Below, one piece after another: positions 8,027 through 17,977 of a stretch of DNA of 57,384 nucleotides (position 1 is its first letter; each line of letters starts with the position of its first letter). This DNA is from Patescibacteria group bacterium (GTDB lineage Bacteria; Patescibacteriota; Microgenomatia; UBA1406; GWC2-37-13): the NCBI GenBank assembly GCA_026416975.1, contig JAOAEC010000001.1, positions 1-57,384 of the forward strand. Reading direction: 5' to 3'. Made by a program: the position numbers and the translations under genes. Under the pieces are notes generated by a model, which was not told the origin of the DNA, searched no databases, and saw nothing but the letters and a program-made list of their open reading frames with translations.

Positions 8027-9540
8027 ACTTTTTCTGTTACCTTATATTTTATCTTTTTTCCAAGCAAAAGTCGAGTATGAGCTTCAAGGGCCGGCAAGGA
8101 TGAAAGAAAGAAAGAGACAATAGGTAAAAGATACCATTGAATGATTAAAAAAGGTAAAAGTTGAGGTTTAGTTTTTTGTTTAATCTGTTTTCTTAGTTTA
8201 ATGTCTAAATAAAAATAAAAAACAAGCATTAAGGAAGAGAGAGTGAGAATTAATCCGGAAAGTTTTGGTAAGATAAATCCTAAAACGGTTTTTTTAAAAA
8301 CAGGATTGATTATTGGTGGAATAGAGGCTGATAGAGTTAAGACAAAAAAAGAGGTAGGCCATAAAAAGTGGTTTTTAGCAAGAAAAATAATTTTTTTAAA
8401 TTTTGTCCAAAAGTTAACTCTATTGTCAGTAAAAAGTTTTTTTAAAGAATAACCAACATCAGAAACTCCCCAGGCCCAGCGTTTTTCTTGTTGATAACGA
8501 TTAAAAAGGGTTTTTAAAAGATTGCCGCTGTAAACAGCATCACTATTAATAATTGTGTAAAGAGGGATAGTTTTTACTTTATTTCCAAAAGCAAAAAAGG
8601 CTTGTAGATAAATATGCCAATCTTCCGGAATAATATCAACATCCCAATAATTTATTTTTTTTAAAAGCCAAAACGAGGTGGAATAGGTAGATATTTGAAT
8701 AAGGTTTTGTTTTTGTTCGAGAAAAGCTAAACGCAAAATTGAGGAAAGAGTAGCTTGAATTCTGACAAAAATTGGCAGTTGCCAAAAGTTGTTATACAAA
8801 ATTACCGGTGCCCAATAAAAATGAAACCTTCTCGTTTTGTCTTTAAGATAAGTATAAGTAAGATAGGAAAAATAATTTTTTGAAAAATGACTATCGGCGT
8901 CGGCGATAGTGATAATAATATCATCTAAAGACCAACTATTTTTTTTAATAAATTTTTCTAAAATTTTAGCTGCATAGGTTTGATTGCTTGCTTTTCCTTC
9001 TTCTTCTCCAACAACTAATTGATGAAAAGAGGCAATAATTTTTTTAAAAAAGCGTTGATACTTTTTTTTTAGATAAAAACTTTTTTTCTTGGCTTCTTTT
9101 TCTCTTTTTTCAAAAGCCAAAACCAAATATAAGTTTTTTTTATAAGTATAATCATTATTAATCAAAGAATTAATAGTTGATTCAAGTTTAGTTAATGGTT
9201 CTTTGTAATTGGGAATAATAATAAAATGTTTTATTTCTTTGGCTTTTTTTAAAAAAGAAAGTTTTTTAGCAAAGTTTATTTTGCTAAAATAAAGAAGTTT
9301 TTTATAGGATGAAACCGCCATATAAACTGTTTGAATGGATTTATAAAAAAAATAAAGATCAAAGGTGATAATAAAATAGGCAACTACGGCTGGATGAAAA
9401 GGAGAAAGCCAAAAAGGAATGGTAATAAAAACCCAACTGAGAAAAGGAACAAAACCGTCAATAATTCGCTGAAATATTTTTGTTTGGATTATTTTTTCTT
9501 TCATTAGAGAAATTATACTATGAGAATAAGTTATTGCCAA
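8023..9540 (-). CDS. Membrane-embedded family 2 glycosyltransferase with a QxxRW motif (processive type)
   Basis: It has IIIPNYKEPL, ADADSHF (DxD) and QQEKRWAWG. An alternative start at Met13 (9504) would remove the overlap with the helicase gene. Confidence 0.7.
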   Translation of the reverse strand: MAITYSHSIISLMKEKIIQTKIFQRIIDGFVPFLSWVFITIPFWLSPFHPAVVAYFIITFDLYFFYKSIQTVYMAVSSYKKLLYFSKINFAKKLSFLKKAKEIKHFIIIPNYKEPLTKLESTINSLINNDYTYKKNLYLVLAFEKREKEAKKKSFYLKKKYQRFFKKIIASFHQLVVGEEEGKASNQTYAAKILEKFIKKNSWSLDDIIITIADADSHFSKNYFSYLTYTYLKDKTRRFHFYWAPVILYNNFWQLPIFVRIQATLSSILRLAFLEQKQNLIQISTYSTSFWLLKKINYWDVDIIPEDWHIYLQAFFAFGNKVKTIPLYTIINSDAVYSGNLLKTLFNRYQQEKRWAWGVSDVGYSLKKLFTDNRVNFWTKFKKIIFLAKNHFLWPTSFFVLTLSASIPPIINPVFKKTVLGFILPKLSGLILTLSSLMLVFYFYLDIKLRKQIKQKTKPQLLPFLIIQWYLLPIVSFFLSSLPALEAHTRLLLGKKIKYKVTEKV

Positions 9541-12446
9541 GCTTCGCAGATAATTCTAAAAGGGCAAAAATCACACCAACGACCAGGATTAGCAATAAAT
9601 TTCTCTTGGCGAATTTTTTCTACAGTTTCTATAATCTCTTTTTTTAAATTTTTAATATCTTCCTCATTTTTTTTAAAAGTAACTTTATTATTAGTTTGGA
9701 GAAAATAAAAACTAAGTTCAATCTGAGAAGGTTTTTTATTAAAAAGTTTTTTATCGGTAGCGGCTAAAGCGTATAAAGAGAGTTGAAGATCTTTTTTTAA
9801 TTCTTTTTCTGATGGTTGTTTACCGGTTTTGTAATCAATAATTTCAATTTTTCCTTTATTTTTTTGATCAACTCGATCAATTTTTCCGCTAATAATAATT
9901 CCTTGATCTAAATTAATCTTAAAAAATTTTTCCAGGGCAATAATTTTTAAATTTTCTTGATGATGGTTTTTGAAAAAATTAATTAAAATTTTTTCTCCTT
10001 CTTTTTTCATTCTTTTTTGATGAGCTAAGGAACTGTAGCCAACCGGTACCCAGTTTTTTTGATAAATTTCTAATAAATCATTTAAGTTAATTTTTTTATT
10101 TTTTAAGAATTCTTTATAAAAGAGATAAAGAGTTTTATGAATTGTTTCACCAAAGGAAAGTTGTCCCTGAGGAAGGGTGGGAATTTTTAAAACATATTGG
10201 TATTTATATTGAAGAGGACAGGTGTTAAAAATTTCCAGTTGGGAAAAAGAAAACTCATTAAAAATTAATTTTTTTTTGATGATTTTTTCATCGGTTTTTT
10301 TGAAATCAAAAAAAGAAAGTTTTTTTTGATTGTTTTTTTTATCATTATTGTTTATTAATGTTTTCTCTAGCGTTTTTTTTAAGGTTTCAAAAACAAATGG
10401 TGATATTCTTCTTTCTCGTTTTCCTTCTCCGTAAAACAAAGAGGAAGAAAGAAAACAAAAATCTTTGGTTCGAGTTAAGCCTACATAAAACAACCGTCTC
10501 TCTTCTTGTAAATGATAGTTTCCTTGAGGAAGGATTTCTTTAATTAATTCTTTAGGAAGAGGAATTGCCTCTTTTTTTTGATAGGTGGGAAAACGACCGG
10601 TGGTGAGATTAACTAAAAAAACCACCGGAAATTCTAATCCTTTGGCCGAGTGAACAGTTAAAAGATTAACAGCATCGTATTCAGGAATATCGGTTTGACT
10701 AACTAAAGGTGATTCACCTAACTCCAGTGACATTTCTAAATAGTCCACCACAGCAAAAACCGAAGCGTCCTCGTGTTCTTGTTCATAAGTTTTTAGTTTG
10801 TTAAAAAATTTAGAAATATTTAAGGCTATTTTTTCCTCCTTTTCAGTTTTATAATTTACTAATTGGTGAAGATAGTGAGTATCTTCTAAAAAATAATAAA
10901 GAATTTGACCGGCAGTTTCTTTTTTTATTAAGGAGAGATGACGATTAATCATTTTAAAAAAAGACAGAAGTTTTTTTCTTGACTCATTTTTGATTAGAGG
11001 TAAATGAGGTTGATAAATAGAAAAATCTTCTTGATAAAAGGTTTTGTCAAAAAAAGAGAGATAGATTTCAAGAGTTTGGAAAAGAGGTTGATTAATTTTT
11101 TTAGAAAACGATAAAAGAAGAGAGAGATCTTTTTTATCTAAGGAAAATATCTCCATTGAAAGAACTCGGAAAAGAGAAGGAGAGTCTTCGGGGTTAACCA
11201 AAACTTTTAAGTAAGCGATTAAATCTTTTACCTCTGGTTGTTTAAAAAGCATTCCCGGCCCAAAAAATTGATAAGGAATACCTTTTTGGGAAAGAGTTTG
11301 AATAAAAGGAGTAACGTGATTGTTGGCGCGTACTAAAATAGCGAAATCAGAAAATTTATAAAAAGATTTTAAGGCAAGAATTTTATTAGCGACAAATTCC
11401 GCCTCTTGTTCAACAGTTTTTGCTAGGAAAAAAGAGACCGCTTTCTTATTATTCTTTTTTTTGGCGATTAGTTTTTTTGAGATGGCTAATTTAGCTTCTA
11501 ATGTGTCTGGATCATTGTTTTTTATTAATTGATAGGCGGCATTAAGAATGGTTTGATTGGAGCGATAATTGATATTAAGATTAATTTGTTTAGCTTGAGG
11601 ATAATCTTTCATAAAAGAAAGAATATTTGAAATAGATGCGCCGCGAAATTTATAGATTGATTGTGAGTCATCGCCAACCACGGTTAATCGAGGATTATTC
11701 TTTGCTGGTGAAAGAAGTTTAATTAACTCATATTGGGCGATATTGGTATCTTGAAACTCATCAACCAAAAGATATGAAAACTGTTGTTGGTATTTTTTTA
11801 AAATTGTTGGCCGTTGGCGAAAAAGTTGAAGAAGATAAAAAACCAAATCAGCAAAATCCATCAGTCCTTCTTTTATTTTTAATTTTTGATATTTTTCATA
11901 AGCGAAAGCCAGTTCTAAATATTTTTGTTTTTCCTCTTTAGTTTCTTTTTCTGATTTTAAGGTCTTTACCCATAAAATATATTGTTGAGGACTAATATCT
12001 TCATCTCTTAATCGCGAAAAATGTTGAAGAAGATCATTTAAAAATTTATGAGGGTTGCCCAAAGGTCGAAAGTAATCTAAATCAAAAAGAAAAAGATTTT
12101 GACGAAGAAAGAGAATTGCTTCAGCTTCGGTCATAAGGCGAAAGTTTGATGGTAAACCAATATGAATAGCCTCTTCTTTTAAGATTTGGTGAGCAAAGCT
12201 ATGAAAGGTTGAGATCCACATCTGAAAAAAACCCAAAGGAAGAGTTTTGTCAACCCTTTCTTCCATTTCTAAGGCGGCTTTCTCTGTGAAGGTAAGGGCT
12301 AAAATCTCCTCAGGTTTTGCTAATTGATTTTTTATTAAATGTTTAATCTTTTCCGTGATGACAAAGGTTTTTCCGGTACCGGCACCGGCAATAACAAGTA
12401 GAGGGCCTTGATGATATTCAACCGCTTGTTTTTGTTTTTGATTCAT
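9531..12446 (-). CDS. UvrD-family helicase fused to a C-terminal Cas4/AddB-like PD-(D/E)XK nuclease with a CX2CX5C cluster
   Basis: The N-terminus has AGAGTGKT (Walker A), DEFQD and helicase motif VI (LFYVGLTRTK). The C-terminus has CPLQYKY, IDRVDQ, IIDYKTGK, LQLSLYALA and CDFCPFRIIC. Confidence 0.8.
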   Translation of the reverse strand: MNQKQKQAVEYHQGPLLVIAGAGTGKTFVITEKIKHLIKNQLAKPEEILALTFTEKAALEMEERVDKTLPLGFFQMWISTFHSFAHQILKEEAIHIGLPSNFRLMTEAEAILFLRQNLFLFDLDYFRPLGNPHKFLNDLLQHFSRLRDEDISPQQYILWVKTLKSEKETKEEKQKYLELAFAYEKYQKLKIKEGLMDFADLVFYLLQLFRQRPTILKKYQQQFSYLLVDEFQDTNIAQYELIKLLSPAKNNPRLTVVGDDSQSIYKFRGASISNILSFMKDYPQAKQINLNINYRSNQTILNAAYQLIKNNDPDTLEAKLAISKKLIAKKKNNKKAVSFFLAKTVEQEAEFVANKILALKSFYKFSDFAILVRANNHVTPFIQTLSQKGIPYQFFGPGMLFKQPEVKDLIAYLKVLVNPEDSPSLFRVLSMEIFSLDKKDLSLLLSFSKKINQPLFQTLEIYLSFFDKTFYQEDFSIYQPHLPLIKNESRKKLLSFFKMINRHLSLIKKETAGQILYYFLEDTHYLHQLVNYKTEKEEKIALNISKFFNKLKTYEQEHEDASVFAVVDYLEMSLELGESPLVSQTDIPEYDAVNLLTVHSAKGLEFPVVFLVNLTTGRFPTYQKKEAIPLPKELIKEILPQGNYHLQEERRLFYVGLTRTKDFCFLSSSLFYGEGKRERRISPFVFETLKKTLEKTLINNNDKKNNQKKLSFFDFKKTDEKIIKKKLIFNEFSFSQLEIFNTCPLQYKYQYVLKIPTLPQGQLSFGETIHKTLYLFYKEFLKNKKINLNDLLEIYQKNWVPVGYSSLAHQKRMKKEGEKILINFFKNHHQENLKIIALEKFFKINLDQGIIISGKIDRVDQKNKGKIEIIDYKTGKQPSEKELKKDLQLSLYALAATDKKLFNKKPSQIELSFYFLQTNNKVTFKKNEEDIKNLKKEIIETVEKIRQEKFIANPGRWCDFCPFRIICEAWQ

Positions 12447-12448
12447 CT

Positions 12449-13330
12449 TTAAATTTTATCATTTTTATGAAGATGAATTAAGTAATTAGCAGTAAATAAA
12501 AAAAGAGAAAAAAGAATTAATAAACAAATAAGAAAAAAAACAGGAAAATATTTAAAGTTACTCAAATTTTTTTCCAGTTTAAAAGGACTAAAAATTAAGA
12601 ATAAATAAATTAAAACAAGAGAAAAGGTAATAGCATGAAATCCAACCTGAAGAGTTTTTTTAAAACCGAGTTTCTTTTTAAAAAACAGTTTATAAAGGAT
12701 AATATTTATAAAAGTAGCCAAGATTAGATAAAAAAAATTAGCCAAAAAAGAAAAGAATATCCAAAAAACAATTATTATAAAAAATATTAAAACAAGAGAG
12801 TTATTTAACTGATGAAGATTAATGATTAAATATTGAACATTTTCTTTATTAATTTTTTTATTAAAAAAACGAGAAAGGTAAGTTAAAGGAAGGACAACTA
12901 ATTGGTTATTGTTTGATTTTATAACTAAATTTTTTGAGGTTAACAGAAAAAGACTATTATATATTTTAATTTTTTGAGGTTCGGCATTTTCGTCAACCAC
13001 AAACAAAAGTTTTTTTTGGTTTTGATAATCCCACCAAGAAAAATATGGCTGATTGTAAGTGCTAAAAATATGATTATTTTCAATAAAAATAATTAAATCA
13101 TCAGGATAGTTTTTAAGGGCGTTTATAAAAGATTGGGAGATTTTATTAATTTTATTCGGAGAAATGCGCCAGATCCAAAAAGATAAAAAAATAAAATTTA
13201 ATAAAAGAATAAGAGAGATAATATATTTAAAAGAAAAGTTAAAACGGTAATGAGAAATTTTTTTATAAAACGAGCGATTAAGAAAAAAACTATTTCTTAA
13301 AACGAACAAAAAGCTCTTGACTTTTTTCAT
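12449..13330 (-). CDS. Polytopic membrane protein, unknown function
   Basis: The 293-aa ORF has several hydrophobic segments and no recognisable motif. Confidence 0.4.
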   Translation of the reverse strand: MKKVKSFLFVLRNSFFLNRSFYKKISHYRFNFSFKYIISLILLLNFIFLSFWIWRISPNKINKISQSFINALKNYPDDLIIFIENNHIFSTYNQPYFSWWDYQNQKKLLFVVDENAEPQKIKIYNSLFLLTSKNLVIKSNNNQLVVLPLTYLSRFFNKKINKENVQYLIINLHQLNNSLVLIFFIIIVFWIFFSFLANFFYLILATFINIILYKLFFKKKLGFKKTLQVGFHAITFSLVLIYLFLIFSPFKLEKNLSNFKYFPVFFLICLLILFSLFLFTANYLIHLHKNDKI

Positions 13331-13345
13331 TATACGATTTATGAT
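13317..13345 (+). promoter_or_regulatory. Candidate sigma70-type promoter for tuf
   Basis: TTGACT (13317-13322), a 17-nt spacer, then TATGAT (13340-13345), about 85 nt upstream of the tuf ATG. Chance matches are common in AT-rich DNA. Confidence 0.35.
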
Positions 13346-13428
13346 AATAAAGAGGCTTAATAAAAGTCAAGATAATTTTTTATTATTTTTTATTATTTTT
13401 TATTTATTAGTTTAATTTTTTTAATTAT

Positions 13429-14613
13429 ATGGCAGAAGGAGTATTTCAAAGAACAAAACCCCATTTAAATATTGGGACTATTGGTCATGTTGATCATGGA
13501 AAAACAACTTTGACTTCAGCTATTCATTATGTGTTATCAAAAAAAGGAATGGCAAAATTTTTAAAATATGAGGAGATTGATAAGGCTCCGGAGGAAAAAG
13601 CTCGTGGAGTTACTATTAACCTTCATCATTCCGAATATGAGACTGAAAAAAGACACTATGCTCATATTGATGCTCCAGGTCATGCCGATTACATTAAAAA
13701 TATGATTACTGGAGCGGCTCAGATGGATGGTGCTATCTTAGTGGTTTCTGCTCCGGATGGGCCAATGCCTCAAACAAGAGAACATATTCTTCTAGCTAAA
13801 CAAGTAAATGTGCCGGCGATTGTTGTTTTCTTAAATAAGGTCGATATGGTTTCTGATAAAGAGATTATTGATTTAGTAGAAATGGAAGTGAGAGATTTAT
13901 TAACTAAATATGGTTTTCCTGGAGACAAAGTTCCAGTTATTAAAGGATCGGCTCTTAAAGCATTAGAAAATGATGCGGAAGCAATAAAATCAATTGAGGA
14001 ATTAATGAAAGCGGTTGATGAATATGTGCCGGAGCCAGTTAGACCAATCGATAAGCCCTTTTTAATGCCAGTAGAAGATGTTTTTACCATTCAAGGAAGA
14101 GGAACAGTAGTTACCGGAAGGGTAGAAAAAGGTGTTTTAAAAGTGAATGAAGAAGTAGAAATTGTTGGTTTAAAAGAGACAAAAAAAACAGTGGTTACTG
14201 GAATTGAGATGTTTAGAAAAACATTAGATGAAGCAAGAGCAGGAGATAATGTTGGTTTACTTTTACGAGGTATAGAGAAGAATGATGTTCAAAGAGGTCA
14301 GGTGATTGCTAAACCAGGAACAATTACTCCTCATACTGAGTTTGAGGCAGAAATATATGTTTTAACTAAAGAAGAAGGTGGACGTCACACTCCCTTTTTC
14401 AGCGGTTACCGACCTCAGTTTTATATTCGCACCACTGATGTTACTGGCGAGTTAAAATTACCAGCAGGAGTAGAGATGGTAATGCCAGGAGACAATATTA
14501 AAATTACTGGTAAATTAATCTATCCAGTAGCAATGGATGAGGGATTGAAGTTTGCTATTCGGGAAGGTGGTCATACAGTTGGTGCCGGAGTGGTAACTAA
14601 AATTATTAAATAA
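13429..14613 (+). CDS. tuf: Elongation factor Tu
   Basis: It has [15 protein letters not shown] and NKVD, with full-length similarity to EF-Tu. Confidence 0.98.
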   Translation: MAEGVFQRTKPHLNIGTIGHVDHGKTTLTSAIHYVLSKKGMAKFLKYEEIDKAPEEKARGVTINLHHSEYETEKRHYAHIDAPGHADYIKNMITGAAQMDGAILVVSAPDGPMPQTREHILLAKQVNVPAIVVFLNKVDMVSDKEIIDLVEMEVRDLLTKYGFPGDKVPVIKGSALKALENDAEAIKSIEELMKAVDEYVPEPVRPIDKPFLMPVEDVFTIQGRGTVVTGRVEKGVLKVNEEVEIVGLKETKKTVVTGIEMFRKTLDEARAGDNVGLLLRGIEKNDVQRGQVIAKPGTITPHTEFEAEIYVLTKEEGGRHTPFFSGYRPQFYIRTTDVTGELKLPAGVEMVMPGDNIKITGKLIYPVAMDEGLKFAIREGGHTVGAGVVTKIIK

Positions 14614-14643
14614 TTCTGATAATTTTTATAGCTCTTTTATATT

Positions 14644-14952
14644 ATGCCTAAAGGAAGAATTAGGATAAGATTAAAATCATATGATCATCGGTTAATTGAT
14701 GATACCTGTCAGAAAATTGCTGATACAGCAATAAGAACAGGCGCTTCAATTGTAGGACCAATTCCTTTACCGACAAAAAAAGAGGTTTATGTAGTAAATA
14801 AGTCATCATTTACTGATAAAAATGCTCGTGATCATTTTGGTTTAAAGATTCATAAACGTTTAGTTGATATTTTAAATCCCACTAATCAAACAATTGATTC
14901 TTTAATGCATTTAGAATTACCAGTAGGAGTAGAGATTGAATTAAAAATGTAA
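14644..14952 (+). CDS. rpsJ: 30S ribosomal protein S10
   Basis: It has RIRLKSYDHRLID ... GPIPLPT ... HKRLVDI. Confidence 0.95.
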   Translation: MPKGRIRIRLKSYDHRLIDDTCQKIADTAIRTGASIVGPIPLPTKKEVYVVNKSSFTDKNARDHFGLKIHKRLVDILNPTNQTIDSLMHLELPVGVEIELKM

Positions 14953-14972
14953 GCTTTTCTTTTATTTTTCAA

Positions 14973-15001
14973 TTGACCAGAAGTAATTAGTATTATATAA
15001 T
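14973..15001 (+). promoter_or_regulatory. Near-consensus sigma70-type promoter between rpsJ and rplC
   Basis: TTGACC (14973-14978), a 17-nt spacer, then TATAAT (14996-15001). Confidence 0.4.
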
Positions 15002-15077
15002 TTATCATTACATGATTTTCCATAAACAAAGGAAAAAGGAAAAGAAATTTTGATTTTTCCGGATTGGAAGTTTTTTT

Positions 15078-15102
15078 AGACCCCAATCTGGGGTCTTTTT
15101 TT
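15078..15102 (+). terminator. Intrinsic terminator-like hairpin or attenuator immediately upstream of rplC
   Basis: AGACCCCA (15078-15085), a 3-nt loop, TGGGGTCT (15089-15096), then a T-run to 15102. It is the only GC-rich hairpin followed by a U-tract that I found in the window. Confidence 0.6.
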
Positions 15103-15107
15103 GTCTT

Positions 15108-15794
15108 ATGATGGGTTTTATTTTAGGAAAAAAAATATCATCAACTCAATTATTTAATGAAAAAGGAGAGAGGATTCCAGTAACTTTTATTAATACCTCT
15201 TCCTGTTATTTGATAGGAATTAAATGGGGGGAAAAAGATAAATATTTTTCTCTTAAGTTGGGATTGGGAAAGAAAAAAAATATTAAAAAACCAGTTAAAG
15301 GCGAGTTAGAAAAAGCGGGGATAAAAACCCCGCTTCGTTTTTTAAAAGAGTTTAGGATAGAGAAGTATTTAAAAAAGATCAGTTTGATTGAAGATAAAGG
15401 TAAAAAAGGAGTGATAATAGATGAGAAAAAAATCTATATAGGAGATAAAATTAATCCGACAATCTTTTTTAAACCAGGAGATTTAGTTGATATTAGCGGT
15501 ATCTCAAAAGGGAAAGGATTTCAAGGAGTGGTTAAACGTCATCATTTTGCCGGCGGTCCACGAACTCATGGTCAATCAGACAGAGAAAGGGCACCAGGAT
15601 CTATTGGTCAGACAACAACGCCGGGAAGAGTTTATAAAGGAAAAAGAATGGCTGGTAGAATGGGTGGTGAAAGAAAAACAGTAAAAAATTTAAAGATAGT
15701 TGAGGTAAAAGAAAAGGGGATTTTAGTTAAAGGATTAGTCCCAGGAGGAAAAAATGGATTATTGGAAATAAAAACAGCCAATAATAGTTTATGA
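15108..15794 (+). CDS. rplC: 50S ribosomal protein L3
   Basis: It has GKGFQGVVKRHHF.GGP.THG and GRMGGERKTVKNLKIV. Confidence 0.95.
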   Translation: MMGFILGKKISSTQLFNEKGERIPVTFINTSSCYLIGIKWGEKDKYFSLKLGLGKKKNIKKPVKGELEKAGIKTPLRFLKEFRIEKYLKKISLIEDKGKKGVIIDEKKIYIGDKINPTIFFKPGDLVDISGISKGKGFQGVVKRHHFAGGPRTHGQSDRERAPGSIGQTTTPGRVYKGKRMAGRMGGERKTVKNLKIVEVKEKGILVKGLVPGGKNGLLEIKTANNSL

Positions 15795-15824
15795 TGTTAA
15801 TAATTAAATTAGATAAATCAAAAA

Positions 15825-16547
15825 ATGTCGCAGGAAAAACAAGATAAAAAAATAAAAACAGGAAAGACAAAAAGAAAAGAGATAATAGAAGAAAATAAAT
15901 TAACAATTCCTTTATATAACTTAAAAGGTGAAGAAAAAGGGAAAATTGAATTGCCAAAAGAAATTTTTGATGCGCCAGTTAATAAGGGGTTAATAGCTCA
16001 ATACGTGAGAGTTTATTTAGCTAATCAAAGAAAAGGAACTGTTTCTACCAAAACTCGATCAGAAGTAAGTGGCTCAACAAGAAAAATTTATCGACAAAAA
16101 GGAACGGGACGAGCGCGTCATGGAGATATTAAGGCGCCAATTTTTGTTGGTGGAGGTATTGCTTTTGGACCGAAACAAAGAGATTATTCTTTAAAAATTA
16201 ATAAAAAACAAAAAAGAAAAGTTTTTCTTGGAGCGTTAACTTTAAAACAAAAAGAAAAAAGTATTATTGGTTTAGACGATGAGTTTTTAAAAATTAAACT
16301 AAAAACCAAATTATTTTACGAGTTTTTAAAAAAATTAAAGTTAGAAAAAGAAAAGATCCTTTTAATTTTTTCTAAAAAAGAAAAAAACAACTTATTATTG
16401 GCAGCAAGAAATTTGTCCAATGTGGAATTATCCGCAATAAATTTACTTAATAGTTATCAAATTTTAAAAAATAAATTTATTTTAATTACCAACGAAGCAT
16501 TAACAGTTTTAAAAAATCACTTTTTGATTAAAAATGAAATTAAATGA
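15825..16547 (+). CDS. rplD: 50S ribosomal protein L4 (Lys-rich N-terminal extension)
   Basis: It has KGTGRARHGDIKAPIFVGGG.AFGPK, and it sits in the L4 position of the operon. Confidence 0.93.
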   Translation: MSQEKQDKKIKTGKTKRKEIIEENKLTIPLYNLKGEEKGKIELPKEIFDAPVNKGLIAQYVRVYLANQRKGTVSTKTRSEVSGSTRKIYRQKGTGRARHGDIKAPIFVGGGIAFGPKQRDYSLKINKKQKRKVFLGALTLKQKEKSIIGLDDEFLKIKLKTKLFYEFLKKLKLEKEKILLIFSKKEKNNLLLAARNLSNVELSAINLLNSYQILKNKFILITNEALTVLKNHFLIKNEIK

Positions 16548-16821
16548 GGTAATTATTAGTCCAATTTTGACAGAAAAATCAACCAGTCTTAGTCGCAAAG
16601 GTGTTTATTTATTTGAGGTTAATGGTGATGCTAATAAATTTCAAATAAAGGCGGTTTTGGAAAAAATTTACCCAGTAAAGGTGGAAGCGATTAACATAGG
16701 TTGGCGAAAAGGAAAGATAAGAAGAGTAGGAAGAAAAATGAAAATTAAAAAATTAGCATCAAAAAAAATAGCCTTTGTTAAGTTAAAAGAGGGAAAAATT
16801 GATGTTTTTCCTCAAATTTAA
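16534..16821 (+). CDS. rplW: 50S ribosomal protein L23
   Basis: It has ISPILTEKS ... FEV ... ANK.QIK.AVEKIY.VKV, and it sits in the L23 position of the operon. Confidence 0.92.
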   Translation: MKLNEVIISPILTEKSTSLSRKGVYLFEVNGDANKFQIKAVLEKIYPVKVEAINIGWRKGKIRRVGRKMKIKKLASKKIAFVKLKEGKIDVFPQI

Positions 16822-16832
16822 TTTAAATTAAT

Positions 16833-17606
16833 ATGAATAAAAAAGATAAATTAACCGATAATCAACCGGAAAAAAAATTAACCGTTATTTTAAAAAAACA
16901 TTCGGGACGAGATAATTCGGGAAAGATTTCAGTTCGTCATCAAGGCGGAAGGCAAAAAAGGTATTATCGAATAATTGATTTTAAAAGAGATAAACGAAAT
17001 ATTGAGGGAGAAGTAGTAAGGATTGAGTATGATCCTAATCGAAATGCTCGGATTGCTTTAATTAAGTATGCCGATGGTGAGAAACGTTATATTTTGCAAC
17101 CAGACAAATTAAAGATTGGCGATAAGATAACTGCCCAGGAAGAAGCGGAGATTAAGGTAGGTAATGCTTTACTTTTAAAAAATATTCCTTTGGGAGTACC
17201 AATACATAATGTTGAACTTTATTCGGGAAAAGGAGGACAACTGATTCGAGGAGCGGGAACCTATGGAGTTTTAGTCGCTAAAGAAGAAAAATATGTTCAT
17301 TTGAAACTACCATCAGGAGAGATTAGAAAGATTTTAAACAATTGTTGGGCCACTATTGGTCAGGTAGGAAATATTGATCATAAACAAGAGATTATTGGTA
17401 AGGCGGGAAGGAAAATTTTAATGGGAATTAGACCAACAGTTCGAGGAACAGCTCAGAATCCACGGAGTCATCCTCATGGTGGTGGTGAGGGAAAAGTGGG
17501 TGAAGGAATGCATCCAAAAACTCCTTGGGGTAAACCAGCCCGAGGAAAAAAAACGCGAAAAAGAAATAAGTGGAGTGATAAATTAATTATCAAAAGAAGA
17601 AAATAA
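16833..17606 (+). CDS. rplB: 50S ribosomal protein L2
   Basis: It has [31 protein letters not shown] and [18 protein letters not shown]. Confidence 0.96.
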   Translation: MNKKDKLTDNQPEKKLTVILKKHSGRDNSGKISVRHQGGRQKRYYRIIDFKRDKRNIEGEVVRIEYDPNRNARIALIKYADGEKRYILQPDKLKIGDKITAQEEAEIKVGNALLLKNIPLGVPIHNVELYSGKGGQLIRGAGTYGVLVAKEEKYVHLKLPSGEIRKILNNCWATIGQVGNIDHKQEIIGKAGRKILMGIRPTVRGTAQNPRSHPHGGGEGKVGEGMHPKTPWGKPARGKKTRKRNKWSDKLIIKRRK

Positions 17607-17632
17607 TTATAATTTAAATTAAATTAAGATTT

Positions 17633-17974
17633 ATGGAGGCAAAAGCATATATTAAAAATGTAAAAATTTCGCCGAAAAAACTAAGATTTTTGTTACCGGA
17701 AGTTAAAAAACTTAAACCATTAGAAGCTTTGGATTATCTTTTTTATACTCCAAAAAAAGGGGCAAGAATTCTTTACCAAGCATTAAAATCAGCTATTGAT
17801 AATGCTAAAAAGACTTTAAAAATTAAAGAAGATTTATTAAAATTTAAAGTTTTAACAGTGGAAGAAGGTCAAAAATTAAAGAGATATCAACCAGGAGGAA
17901 GAGGAACAGTAAAACCAATTGTTAAAAGAATGTCTCATATAAAAGTTATTCTTGAATCAGAAGAAAAAAAATAA
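17633..17974 (+). CDS. rplV: 50S ribosomal protein L22
   Basis: The L22 pattern is ISPKKLRFL ... A..IL..ALKSAI.NA ... V.EG..LKR. It directly follows rplB, with no rpsS between them. Confidence 0.92.
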   Translation: MEAKAYIKNVKISPKKLRFLLPEVKKLKPLEALDYLFYTPKKGARILYQALKSAIDNAKKTLKIKEDLLKFKVLTVEEGQKLKRYQPGGRGTVKPIVKRMSHIKVILESEEKK

Positions 17975-17977
17975 ATT

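Noticed and set aside
13331-13428. Replication origin at the strand switch (minus-strand genes to the left, plus-strand genes to the right)
   Set aside because: The spacer is only 98 nt. I see no TTATCCACA-like DnaA boxes, and no dnaA or dnaN nearby. The 10-nt tattattttt repeats look like generic AT-rich spacer sequence.
13331-13428. tRNA genes upstream of tuf, as in tufB-type operons
   Set aside because: No GC-rich cloverleaf-capable segment exists here or in any other spacer (515-882, 4020-4220, 44921-45102, 46903-47029). I found no tRNA, rRNA, tmRNA or RNase P candidates.
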